NCBI GenBank assembly: GCA_030390025.1
Contig: CM059425.1
Coordinates: 167,526,001-167,590,000, forward strand
DNA length: 64,000 bases
Direction of reading: 5' to 3'
DNA from: Squalus acanthias
Lineage: Eukaryota
Shown here: positions 24,567-37,700 of the stretch, piece after piece
How positions within the stretch are numbered: position 1 is the first letter of the stretch
How the letters are laid out: each line of letters opens with the position of its first letter
Notes under the pieces: model-generated
Told to the model about the DNA's origin: nothing
What the model saw: only the letters and a program-made list of their open reading frames with translations
The model's database searches: none
Position numbers and translations under genes: made by a program

Positions 24567-26593
24567 GGGGGGAATATTTCGGGGGGTCAGCGGGCGCGTT
24601 TTTTTTGACAGCGGGTCAGGACCCCGCTGTCAATCCACTGCCACGCGCCTTTCCCAGATGTCGGGTCTGTCAGAACTGAACAGACTTGACACGCAGCAGC
24701 GGGGGAAGCAATTATGACCTTGTTAACAGCTCATTAAGTAGTATTTTGAGCTCGCCTTTACATTTTACGAGGTCGCCCATGGGGTCTACGCTTCTCGGGG
24801 CTCACATCAGGTAAGAAGGTCGGGAGTTGTATGACCATGGAATCATCTCATTACTTGACAGCTGCAAATGTGCTATAAAAGCTCCCATCTCACAGCTGTT
24901 CACTTTCCAAGCTTAGAAGCTATTGCTTACTGCATTTGGAAGACAGATTGAGCTTTATGCAGGTTGCAAGTGTTTGGAGTAAACTCTCTATCCAGTGTCA
25001 CCTCATTGGAACAACCTCTCTCACCACTGACAGATCGCTTCTGTCATCTCAAGTTCAGCTGTCATCTATTACATAAGCATCGGTGCCATTGAAACTATCT
25101 TACCTTGGTCCTCAGAATCCCACCACGATCAATCCCAGCACCAGCAGCACCAGGCACACCAGCAGCACCAACAACAACACCAACCTTCTCCACAATCAAC
25201 TGATGCTGCACAGGACACAGGGCATCAGCACCCGACCACATTGCTGCCCGGGACGCCAGGGATGGCCTCACCATGGCCAGATTTACTTCACTTGACGCAG
25301 TGCACCCTGGCTGCCACATGATGTGCCAGGTTAGCACCACCCCACCCCACCCCAACACCATAAAGCATCCCTACAATGCCTAAGCCATTCCTTTCACACT
25401 CATCACCATTGCGGGGGGTACCGTTATGTCTCACCATTCACTGCAACTCACTAAGCCACTTCCAAAGGTGCACACAAATCTGTCCAAGAATGCAAAGTGT
25501 TGAAAATAAAGGTTTCAATGTTTGACACTACAATATCAGAAACTTTACATGAACTTTGCATAAAACACCCAAGTGCCAACCCTTGTGTGTTGTTAGTTGG
25601 TATGATTGGACTAGGATGAGGGTGAGTGTGAGGGGTGGCTAGTGAGATGGGGAAGTGATAATGTAGCTAGAGAGGGATGGGCGGAGGTGCAAGGTAAGTT
25701 GGTGAGTAAGGATGTGCAGCAGTAGGGTAGGGAAGGCAGAGTGATGGGGATGTGATGAGTGGCACAACAGGATGAGGTTGAGTGTGGCTTTGCAGTAACG
25801 TTTTGTGATCTACTGAGATCATTGAAAGGTTTGCGTCACTGCAGCCTGGTCCTCCTGACGACATCCCTGCTTGTGTCCTCCTGTGCAATGTGCAACCAGG
25901 CTGCGTTGGTCTCCTGGGGAGTTCTCTTCCCCCCATGGGAAGGGAAGAGAGCCTCCCTGCGTGTGGTGACTGTATCCTCTCCATGGCCTTGACACCCTGT
26001 CTTAAGTAGGGCATCAAAAACTCGGTGCAATATTTTAATATTTTAACTGCAGCCTAATCAATAATCAGTTTCTGATGGTTATATACAAGTGTTGTTTTGT
26101 GGAATAGCTTACTGCCTAAATTGAATTGAATTAGTCTTAAGAATCATCTGACAAGTCATCTTAAAGAATCTTCCATGAAGCGGCTGGTGCTAAACATCTT
26201 GATTGTAATTTGCTTGTATGTCACATGGTATTTTAGCATTCTTAACATATTTAAGCATATGGAGGGAGCCATGGGAGACCCTGGGTGCAGCCGTGAACCT
26301 CTGTGCAGTGCTTGTCAGTATTTGCAGCACCTCAATGCTGTAGAACGCTGACAGCACAACTGTCAAAATAAATTTGCGCATGGTCCCTTTAAGGAAACTG
26401 GCTGATGACGCGTCATCAAGTGACGTCATCAGACCTGTTTCCTCTAATTGGCTGGGAAATGTGCTAGGCGGGCTTAACAAGCCCAATCAACGTAAAAAAT
26501 CATTCTACACAGCGGGCTGGAGACAGCAGCGGGGTCGGGACCGGCCACTGATGTCACCGCCACGGACCCACCAAGGTAGGGGAAATCGCGGCC
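24567..26593. mobile_element. Degraded Harbinger-derived sequence (one or two elements) with a Myb/SANT exon-1 remnant on the minus strand (~25780-25990)
   Basis: Left end GGGGGGAATATTTC and right end GGAAATCGCGGCC. Peptide RREALFPSHGGKRTPQETNAAWLHIAQE. The flanking triplets do not match. Confidence 0.6.
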
Positions 26594-27365
26594 ATAATAA
26601 CTGCTGTTTCATAGTGACAGTATATCACCCTGTGATTGTACAATCTGGCCACCAAGTCCCACAAATCACTCAAAATGCTTTTTGAATATTTTTAACCACC
26701 ATATATTTTTCATTAATTGAAATTTCTAATGTCCAAAATAATAGTTTAACGAAATTTTAAAAAAATCAAAAAAATACATATTACATAATAAAAATGATTA
26801 CATTTATCCATGGAATTGTCTTTTGTGCATTTTGATGCTTTCATTAAAGTTTTCATTTGAAAGCCTCAGCCTTTTCCAAGCCTTGAACTTGGACCTGATA
26901 TTTTTGCCCAGAGTTGTGCATCTGCGAGCTGGATTTAGATTGTGCAGTCTTAGCACATGCAGTGTACCTAATTTCCCAGGAAGCAAAAGCTTTACCAAAT
27001 TAAATTTATACTGTTTTTTAAAAGATAGAGAGACTGTGTGTGAGTATGCGGGTGTGTTTGTGAGAGAGAAAATGACAGTGTCGTGATGATATACATGTAG
27101 CTTTTGATTTGTGCTCTATACACTTTATAAAGTAGATTAAACTGAATGAGAGAGCAAACGAGTGGAGTCAGAGAGAGAGAAAGGTGAAGGAGAAACTGAA
27201 GGCAGAGAGGGATGTGTTAGAAAGGAAAATTGCCATTCTCCGTTTAAAATTATTTCAATTTTCAAAAAGAAAACACCAGTTGAAATTCAAAACCAGATAA
27301 TTATCTCCACCTGTGTTTTGTTGACGATGAAGGTCAATGCTAATAATATACACCTGTGAGACAGA

Positions 27366-30105
27366 GGGGGCGATTTTCTCACTGGAGGCGAGATGGAGGC
27401 GGGTTTCAGCTTGGGTGTGTCAGAAACTGATATTTTTCAAAAAATGGAGATGTTCCCATGATTGGCCACTTGATTTCCGAGGTGTGGGATGTGTAGGGGG
27501 TGGTGTGGTAGGGGTCAGCCTCACTTCTGACTCAGTGAGCGGTTCGAATCGCTCCCACGCCCCTGGTTCTAGAACTTGGACTTATTTAGGGGTTGTGAAC
27601 AAAGATGCAGTAGACAACAGGTTCTGATGAAAGAATTTTGACTTTATTAAAAGAAAAAGGTAACAAACTTAAAACACTCTTAATGCTTAAACACAGGTTG
27701 GGGAACACATTGGTACAAGCGAGGGAAATAACCTTAGAAGAATACTTCACCCCTCCCAATCCCACTTCACTAGCTAGGTTGGACTCTGGAGAACCAGGGA
27801 TAATGCTCACCAAACGAATCCTTGACAGTTGAGAGTTAGGGTTTAGAGTCTTTTGAGTAAAAGGTTTCGTAAGGCCCTTGTTGCCGCGAGGTGTCCGATG
27901 GTCACTGAGGAAGTCGCTCTGGTTTCTTCTTGCGTGTCGGTCTGCTTGTGAAGTTGTTGGCCTTCTTTGTTGAACTTCTTGCTGTAACTCTGCCTCTGTT
28001 TAAACTGTCTTCTTCCGAGCTGTGGAACTGCCTTCTTGCAGAACTGTGGAAACTGCCTTCTGCCTGCTTGTCCTGAACTCTGTAACTCCAGCTCTGACTT
28101 CTTGCTGAAAACAGGCTTTTCGATTGAACAGCAGAACTGCCTTCTGTTGAACTTGAACTGTTTTACTGGAGAACTTGAACTGTTGTAACTGCATGATGGG
28201 CCTTCAATTATACTAAATTGAAGTGGCCTTGTCAAAACCAAATCAAATCCTGGTCATTGTAAGACCTCATTAACAGTAACAACTTTACTAAGTGTCAAAT
28301 GGCTTGCGTCCTGTCGATCTCTTCGGTTGATTACAGGTGATTGGTTTTGTGTTTTGTGTTTCTAGGCTGGACTCGGGTTTTTCTATAGAATGGTCTTGAG
28401 CGATTTGAATTATGCATAGTTTTGATGGGTCTGTGATAGGTTTTAATGGGGCCTGTGTTTTGGGTGGGGCTGCCTTCTCCCAGGGTCTATTGTCCAAATG
28501 TTAATGCTTGCTGGGACTTGAGTGAGGTCATCCCGATTCCCCAGACAATGCAATTTAACTGCAATACCCAAAACTGCTATTACAGAGGTCGGACCCAGCT
28601 CCTCTGCGGCCTTTTCTCCCTTACAGGTCCAGACATGTCTTTTAAAATGCCAAAACTTGGTTTTTGGTCTTAAATTCCTTATGTTAGGCCCAAATGCATT
28701 TTTATCACTCTGGGGTAGTTCCAAAGTCCTTTTTTCCTTAGGTTTTGGGGATCTGCAAATTTTGGAAACCTTACAGATGCCTTGCTCAATTAGTGTTTTG
28801 GGACTGAAAATCGCCCCTGTTGACAGCACTTTTCCAGTCTGATTTTATGGCTTCTTGCTCCTTTGGCTCATTCCACAGCATTTCTGCTTCTCCTGCACCA
28901 CCTCCAACATCTTTTGAGATACGAATATCCAATTCCAAGGCAAGGGCCTACCCGAGGCTCTCAGATAAGGGGGTGCAAATGTTGTTTGAGGGGGTGAGAA
29001 CTAGCACGGAGGTCCTCTTCCACTCATCTCGGAGAAGAGGCCTGCCAAAGAAACCAAGGCTGTGTGGGTGCAGATGGCAAGGGATATAACCTCCAGATCT
29101 GTGTGTAGATTGGGAGACTGTTTCTGTGTATTGATGAAATGCCATCCCTGTTGGAAAACATTAACATGATTTGTTGCCAAAATGTTGGCGTTATGCCATC
29201 TGTTACTTAGCCTTAGGCAGCTCCACATTGTGGGCAACGCCACACTTGTGTTGTCAGGTTGGTGGCCTGATTGAAAGGAGGCCAGAGAGTCATGTCCATT
29301 GTCAATGAAGTCCTGGCATGGAGCCAAGGACATGTGCCAACTTGGCCAACCTATACAAATCTGGCCATGATAAGTTAATCTCTGGCAGCCATGTGCTCGC
29401 GTGCTGCCACTGCCGCTGGTCGAAACACCAGCGCTCTGACCTCCTCCTACTCCTCCTGCTGCTCCTCCTCCTGCTCCTCCTCCTCCAGATCATCCTCCAC
29501 CTCCTCAGCCTCCTCCTCCTCCTCATCCTCCTCATCCTCATCTGAGGTCCAAAGTGTAAGGAAATGAATATTTCCCACTCTGCTTGCAGATGCCTCCTCT
29601 GGGGAAGCGCTCATTGTAAGCGGGGCGAGGTTCTTCCCAGGAGGTCCCACAGTTGATGGAGTCAAGCTGTAGCACCTCCAACTTCGGAAGGCCTTCTAAA
29701 AGTGCTCAGAGACCTTTTAAAGCCAAGGTCTGGCACCTGCAAGTAATCCTTGCTGCAGTGAACGAGGTCTTGTTAGACCTGCAGCAGTGAGGAGGCCACC
29801 CACGAGTCAACCCGCCAGGTTTACCTGGCGTGGTTCAGAAGTTGCGTGAAGCATGCCGAAATGATGGTAAATTCAAGAGGGCCTCTCAAAATAGGATTAG
29901 AGAGGCCCTTAACAAGCATTTGCAGTAGTTAATTAACGCTATGGCCAGCTGGAGGCGGGAGCATATCCCGACCGCCAAAACCGGCACCGGCGAAATCCCA
30001 CGGAGGCGGGTTGGAGTCGGGTTTCTGACCTGACCTCAGTAATTCGAATTTTCCCGCCTTTCCCGATTCCAAACCCGCCTCCTCCAGCGTCAGAAAATCG
30101 CCCCC
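27366..30105 (+). mobile_element. Internally deleted Harbinger element containing a solo LTR
   Basis: TIRs GGGGGCGATTTTCT / AGAAAATCGCCCCC and TSD AGA. Myb remnant at 28940-29090 and acidic transposase N-terminal remnant on the minus strand at 29330-29570. Confidence 0.85.
27492..28775 (-). mobile_element. Solo LTR (1284 bp)
   Basis: TGTAG...TTACA termini, 4-bp TSD GATG, AATAAA on the minus strand near 27645, internal ~21-nt tandem repeats; homologous to 55075-61349. Confidence 0.88.
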
Positions 30106-30242
30106 AGAGATTCTAATTTCTAACACCTATAAGACAGAGGGAGACTGAGATGCAGCAATGCGAAGCTATCAGAGACGGATAAGAGAGTGACCATATTCTC
30201 ACTTACTTATTTGGTTTGAAGTATGAATGCAATCAAAGGCCT

Positions 30243-31560
30243 CATATAAGAACATAAGACGTAGGAGCAGGAGTAGGTCATTTGGCCCCTCGAGCCTGCT
30301 CCGCCATTCATTAAGATCATGGCTGATCTGATCTTGGCTTCAACTCCACTTCCCTGCCCACTCCCCATAACCCTTGACTCCCTTACCATTCAAAAATCTG
30401 TCTATCTCCACCTTAAATAAATTCAATGACCCAGCCTCCACAGCTCTCTGGGGAAGAGAATTCCAAAGATTCACGACACTCTGAGAGAAGAAATTCCTCC
30501 TCATTTCCTTTTTAAATGGTTGCCCCCTTATTCTGAAATTATGCCCCCTAGTTCTAGATTCCCCCACGAGGGGAAACATCCTCTCTGCATCTACCCTGTC
30601 AAGCCCCTTCAGAATTTTATATGTTTCAATAAGATCACCTCTCATTCTTCTAAACTCCAATGAGCATAGGCCCAACCTGCTCAACCTTTCTTCATAAGAC
30701 AACCCTTTCATCTCCGGAATCAACCTCGTGAACCTTCTCTGAACTGCCTCCAATGCAAGTATATCCTTCCTTAAATAAGGAGAACAAAACTGTAAACAGT
30801 ACTCCAGGTGTGGTCTCACCAACACCCTGTACAGTTGTAACAGGACTTCCCTACTTTTATACTCCATTCCCTTTGCAATAAAGGGCAAAACTCCATTTGC
30901 CTTCCTAATTACTTGCTGTACCTGCATGCTAACTTTTTGTGATTCGTGTACAAGGACCCCCAGATCCCTCTGTACCTCAGCATTTTGTAATCTCTCCCCA
31001 TTTAAATAATAATTTGCTTTTTTATTTTTCCTACCAAAGTGGATAACCTCGCATTTTCCCACATTATACTCCATCTGCCAGATTCCTGCCCACTCACTTA
31101 GCCTGTCTATATCCCTTTGGAGATTCTTTGCATCCTCCACACAATTTGCTTTCCCACCTATCTTTGTATCATCAGCAAATTTGGTTACATTACACTCGGT
31201 GCCTTCATCCAAGTCATTAATATAGATTGTAAATAGTTGAGGCCCCAGCACTGATCCCTGCAGCACCCCACTAGTTACAGTTTGCCAACCTGAAAATGAC
31301 CCATTTATCCCGACTCTCTGTTTTCTGTTAGTTAGCCAATCCTCTATCCATGCTAATATATTACACCCAACCCCGTGAGCTCTTATCTTGTGTAGTAACC
31401 TTTTATGTAGCACCTTATCGAATGCCTTCTGGAAAACCAAATACACGACATCTACTGGTTTCCCTTTATCCACCCTGCTCGTTACATCCTCAAAGAACTC
31501 TAGCAAATTTGTCAAACATTATTTCCCTTTCATAAAACCATACTGACTCTGTTTGACTAT
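30243..31560 (-). mobile_element. CR1 LINE 3' part (RT and tail), probably the same element as 47644-51110
   Basis: 391-aa RT frame 30340-31515 with FADD; CATAAGAA tail. Confidence 0.9.
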
Positions 31561-31937
31561 ATTATGATTAGTAAGCAAGCTATCCTTATCTGAGAACAAC
31601 CTTCACACTAAATTCTTACAGATGTCTTGTTGCTTTGTAATTAGCTCATTGTTTATCCGGTTCTGCATTTTTGAGAAGACAGGGAGTGGTGACTGTCTCC
31701 AGCCCCCTATCTTCTTTTGCAATGTTGCTGAATTTCTTGTTCCCCACTATCTCCCTGTTTACTTAACAGACCATTCTACAGAATTACATCAATTTCTAAC
31801 AGAGTCCAGTCAGTTTGGCATAATTTTCCCATCCTGCTTTGGTCTCAGCCATTCGCCATTTTATACAGGATTTTTAGGTTTTTAACATCCTACAGATCCC
31901 TACCTTGAGGGCGAGGCATTTTGCCGACCCCTCAAAA

Positions 31938-32420
31938 TTAAAATCTTACATATGGGTTTGTTCTCCCATATTTATGTAACTCTAAGATATTCTGGGTTGT
32001 GATCATATTTAAACGCGGTCGGGTTTTGTACATTAGGTGTTTCAGGTAGCAAATGTAAACCAGTAAGCATATCAGTACAACAAGTTGGGTTATGACCAGT
32101 ACATGGGAAATTATCCTAATCCAAGGAGGAATTTCCATGTTTGTCCCTATGCTGTATTATTAGTCCTAACAATTTTTGACTCCCTACCTTGTGGCATTTG
32201 TGTTTAACTGGGTAGATCTTAATCAAACTTCTGATCTGACATAGTTCAAAGTCTTACTACATGGGTTACATATATCAAATACACTATCATTACAAGTTGG
32301 AGAACTACCAGAGCGTGTGAAATAATACGAACCTAAGGGCGTGCTGATGTATTAAGCCCAATATCCCACCAGTGTGAGTTGTCCCTTATGCTATCAATTT
32401 CAATATCCATTTTGAGTTGT
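31938..32420 (-). pseudogene. Env-like membrane-proximal/transmembrane remnants (two related segments)
   Basis: PPWIRIISHVLVITQLVVLICLLVYICYL and DNSHWWDIGLNTSARP*VRIISHALVVLQLVMIVYLIYV, immediately inside the 3' LTR. Confidence 0.55.
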
Positions 32421-32501
32421 CTTGCTCCAAAACATCAAAATGCTTTAGGGAGGAGTTCAGTTGCATCACGAGCTCACTGAAACCCTCAAACAACAGGGGA
32501 A

Positions 32502-34200
32502 TGTCGTATCCGAATGGAAGTTGCGTGTAAGGGTTCGTGTCTGTGTCTCAGACGGTGCTGGTGCGAGGTTAGGTCTTCGTTGCCTAATACTATTGCTTGC
32601 TCTGGTCTCCGGCCAGCCTTATTGCAATAAGCACCTGTGAGTGGTTCGACCCACTCACCCTTACGGTTCTAACACTGGACTTAGGTGCAGAAGCAGTAAT
32701 ACAGAGAAAAACTCAGATAGACCCGGTTGAATAGTACGAAATGGAAATCTTTATTGCATAGTGTCCAAAATCATGAAGTACATGTCATAGGCGCAAATTA
32801 ACGAGAGTACAAGTATACATACATTCATAAAGCTTGGTCTATGGTAATGAAGAACGCACGGCACATCGTAAAAAGGGGAACACATTATACTTTATCCTTA
32901 ATAAAACCACCCTCCCTTATCAATACCTACACTACGTCTAGATTTGTAGGATCGGGAAACATGCTCACCACTCGTGTTACTTCGGAGAATTTTAAAGTGA
33001 GGCGCTCGGCTCGTTTCGCTGCAGCGCCTGACTGTCACGTGTTTGGAGGGGTTCTGCACCCCACTTGTTTATCTTCGCAGCTGCGACAAGCAGGCCAGAC
33101 TCTCTGTTGTCATGAAGAACTCGACAGAACTCGGACACGGTTGTAGAACTCAAAGAAGAGTCTTCCTGTACCCGACACCGGTTGTCGGTAGATTTCAATG
33201 AAGAGTCTTTCTTGTATTTTCGGGTGCGGTCGGGGTTTACTGACCGTGGCGGCACGTGGATTCTTCTTCTTTTCTTGTCATTTCGTCTTGTCTCTTCGGG
33301 CCTTCGGGTCCAGACACCGTTTACCGACTCTCGGGATGGTGCACCCGGTCACTTGCCCTTGTCGAGGCGGCTCGTTCCGACCGAGCTCCACCCAACATTC
33401 GAAGAGCCGACCCGTACGGCTAAAAGTCAAGAGTCAACAGAGTCCAGCCCTAACGAAGAGCTTCAGCAGTCGGCAGTGAGATAAGAGTCGAATCAAGCGC
33501 ATAAGAGGCCAGCCGGGAGAATAAGAGACCGAATCAAGAGACCGATGGACATTTGTTCACTATAGTTATAGTGCTGTGTTCCCTTATCTCCCGCCCAAAT
33601 CTTAATGTTTGTCCTTTGTGTAATATTGGCGCTCAAAACTCCCAGCATGGGGCGATTATCTTTTTAACGGGTTTCGGTAGCACCTGAAACTGGCCAACTA
33701 CCCGTTAATGTTTTCCCCATTGTTGACCCAGCCAGGATTGTATGAATCGTCTCCCTGACTGGTTTTGGGGGCCCCTGAATACTTGTTTAATCACCCGTTG
33801 ATGTCTCTCTCATTGTAGAGCCGTGGGGGTATTTGTGTATTGATGTGTCTGGATGGGCCTTCGATTGCCCAGTACAATGGTCCTTACTTGTGCATGGAAA
33901 ACGATTCCAGCACTCATATCTTTGCTATTGTCAAAAATGCAAATGGGTTGCATCCTGTCTTTATCAGTGTTTATCGAGTATGATCCAGTCTTATATTGAA
34001 ATGTTTATTCGAACGCCATCTTGTCTGCCCACTGTAATTCTGGAAGCTTCTGCCACGATGCGCGGTGGCCATTTTACAGGCTTCTGTGTCCTTTATGTCA
34101 TGACAGCATTTCGTTTAATAAAACTGATCAAACAAATCTGCTTCTATCTTGTTATTTCGAATCGCGATAATTGCGAAACTTTACATGCGGTAGTAGTGAC
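32502..34200 (-). mobile_element. Probable solo LTR of another family inserted in the env-like region (boundaries uncertain)
   Basis: Starts TGTCG, with minus-strand AATAAA (~32750) and TATAA (~33566) in LTR order. No TSD resolved. Confidence 0.45.
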
Positions 34201-34724
34201 ACAGGAGGCACCACCAAAATCACCTCATACTGGATTTATACTGGTTTTTCCCATGCTCTGTTATCTACAAAACATAATTATTACAGTTACAAGTTATAAT
34301 TCAGTCTTACAATCATTTCACACAACATTACAGTTTAACATCTAATCAACAAATCATGGACTTAAAAGATTCTCCAGATCTCTTTTACTCGTATCCATCT
34401 TATGGATAATTATTGCGAATATGATTTCTCTTTAGCCTCAATTGTCCCAATCCAAATTCTTCAACTTCAATTTCAATCCCTCTAACAGGTACCAGTGTGT
34501 TTAACTCTATTCTGATTGTTTCATTAATTAGATAGTTTCTCGATGGAGTATGTGTCAATGCTTTAAAAGTTGTCTCACTCTCCTGAGCCACATTAACCAT
34601 TTCATGTCTTGCTGTTGTCAAGTAACTGAACATACCTGAGACCCGTTTTTCAGTGCAAATTAACCATTCATTTCCAGATGGTAATTGCTTCATACATAAC
34701 AAATCACATTTGAACACTCATATC

Positions 34725-37700
34725 TGGGGAAGGTGGGACCTGTACAAACAGGACGGTTTGCACCTGAACCAGAGGGGCACCAATATCCTGGGAGGGAAAT
34801 TTGCTACGGCTCTTCGGGGGGGTTTAAACTAATTTGTCAGGGGGATGGGAAAAAGGGCTGTAGTCCACGAGCCAGTGGTGAGTGTAGGGAGGTACTGAGG
34901 AGGGTATCAAGGTCGCAGGAATGTACCGGCAGACAGGAAGATGGCTTGAAGTGTGTCTACTTCAATGCAAGGAGCATCCGGAATAAGGTAGGAGAACTTG
35001 GAGCGTGGATTGGTACTTGGGACTACGATGTGGTGGCCATTACGGAGACATGGTTAGAACAGGGACAGGAATGGTTGTTGGAAGTTCCGGGGTATAGATG
35101 TTTCAGTAAGAGTAGGGAAGTTGGTAAGAAGGGTGGAGGAGTAGCATTGTTAATCAAGGATAGTTTAACAGCGGCAGAAAGGCAGTTCGAGGGGGATCTG
35201 CCGTCTGAGGTAATATGGGCTGAAGTTAGAAATAGGAAAGGAGCGGTCACGTTGTTAGGAGTTTTCTACAGGCCCCCAAATAGTAATAAAGATGTGGAGG
35301 AAGAAATTGCAAAGCAGATTATGAATAGGTGTGGAGGTCACAGAGTAGTTGTCATGGGTGACTTCAACTTTCCAAATATTGATTGGAACCTTTATAGGTC
35401 AAACAGTTCGGATGGGATAGTTTTTGCACAGTGTGTGCAGGAGGGTTTCCTGACACAATATGTGGATAGGCCGACAAGAGGTGGGGCCACGTTGGATTTG
35501 GTACTGGGTAATGAACCGGGCCAAGTGTTTGATTTGTATGTGGGAGAGCACTTTGGAGATAGTGACCACAATTCGGTAACTTTCACTATTGCAATGGAGA
35601 GGGATAGGGCCATACGGCAGGGCAGGGTTTATAATTGGGGGAGGGGTAATTATGATGCGATTAGGCAAGAATTAGGGAGTATAAGATGGGAACAGAAACT
35701 ATCAGGGAAAGGCACAAACGAAAAGTGGAGCTTTTTCATGGAGCAATTACTGCGTGTCCTTGATAGGTATGTCCCTGTCAGGCAGGGAGGAAATGGCCGA
35801 GTGAGAGAACCATGGTTCACAAAAGAGGTTGAATGTCTAGTCAAGAGGAAAAAGGAAGCGTATGTAAGGATGAGAAAACAAGGTTCAGTTGGGTCGATTG
35901 AGGGGTACAAGGTAGCAAGGAATGAGCTAAAAAAAGAGCTTAGGAGAGCTAGGAGGGGGCATGAGAAGTCCTTGGCGGGTCGGATCAAGAAAAACCCCAA
36001 GGCTTTTTACTCTTATGTGAGAAATAAAAGAATGACCAGGGTGAGGGTAGGGCCGGTCAAGGACAGTAGTGGGAACTTGTGCATGGAGTCAGAAGAGATA
36101 GGAGAGGTGATGAATGAATACTTTTCGTCAGTGTTCACCGAGGAGAGGGGCCATGTTCTTGAGGATGAGAGTGTGATAAAGGTGGATAGGCTGGAGGTGG
36201 TAGATGTTCTGAGGGAAGATGTTTTAGCAATTTTGAAGAACCTGAGGGTCGATAAGTCCCCTGGGCCAGATGGGATATATCCTAGGATTCTTTGGGAGGC
36301 AAGGGAGGAGATTGCAGAGCCTCTGGCTTTGATCTTTGGGTCCTCACTGTCCACGGGGATGGTGCCAGAGGACTGGAGAGTGGCGAATGTTGTTCTTCTC
36401 TTCAAGAAAGGAAATAGGAATGACCCTGGTAATTATAGGCCGGTTAGTCTTACTTCGGTGGTTGGTAAGATAATGGAAAAGGTCCTGAGGGATAGGATTT
36501 ATGACCATTTGGAAAGGGGCTACTTAATCAGGGATAGTCAACACGGATTTGTGAAGGGTAAGTCTTGCCTAACAAATTTGATTGAATTCTTTGAGGAGGT
36601 AACTAAGTGTGTAGATGAAGGCAGAGCAGTAGATGTCGTATACATGGATTTTAGTAAGGCGTTTGATAAGGTTCCCCATGGTCGTCTCATGAAGAAAGTA
36701 AGGAGTTGTGGGATAGAGGGAAATTTGGCCGATTGGATAAGTAACTGGCTATCTCATAGAAGGCAGAGGGTGGTGGTGGATGGAACATTTTCGGACTGGA
36801 GACCAGTTACCAGCGGTGTGCCACAGGGGTCGGTGCTGGGTCCTCTGCTGTTTGTGATTTTTATCAATGACTTGGAGGAGGGGACTGAAGGGTGGATCAG
36901 TAAATTTGCTGATGACACCAAGATTGGTGGAGTAGTGGATGAGGTGGAGGGCAGTTGTAGGCTGCAAAGAGACATTGATAGGATGCAGAGCTGGGCCGAA
37001 AAATGGCAGATGGAATTTAACCCTGATAAGTGCGAGGTGATTCATTTTGGTAGGGCAAATTTGAATAAGGATTACAGGGTCAACGGCAGGGTTCTGAGGA
37101 ACGTGGAGGAGCAGAGGGATCTGGGGGTTCATATCCACAGATCTCTGAAGGTTGCCACTCAAGTGGATAGAGCAGTAAAGAAGGCCTATGGTGTGTTGGC
37201 GTTTATTAACAGAGGGTTTGAGTTTAAGAACCGTGAGGTTATGCTGCAACTGTACAGGACCTTGGTGAGACCACATTTGGAATATTGTGTGCAGTTCTGG
37301 TCACCTCACTATAGGAAGGACGTGGAAGCATTGGAAAGAGTGCAAAGGAGATTTACCAGGATGCTGCCTGGTTTGGGGGGGAGGTCTTATGAGGAAAGAT
37401 TGAGGGAGTTGGGGCTTTTCTCTTTAGAGCGGAGGAGGATGAGAGGCGACTTAATAGAGGTTTATAAGATGATGAGGGGGATAGATAGAGTGGATGTTCA
37501 GAGACTATTTCCTCGGGTAGAGGCAGCTGTTACAAGGGGGCATAACTATAAGGTGCATGGGGGGAGATATAGAAGGGATGTCTGAGGTAGATTCTTTACT
37601 CAGAGAGTGGTTGGGGTGTGGAATGGACTGCCTGCTGTGATAGTGGAGTCAGACACTTTAGGAACTTTCAAGCGGTTATTGGATAAGCACATGGAGCACA

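Noticed and set aside
27960..28190. CRISPR-like short repeat array
   Set aside because: These are degenerate ~21-nt tandem units without unique spacers, inside a eukaryotic LTR and with no cas genes.
29302..29665. Poly-Glu, poly-Leu and poly-Arg ORFs
   Set aside because: They arise from a (CCT)n-type low-complexity tract in a Harbinger transposase remnant.
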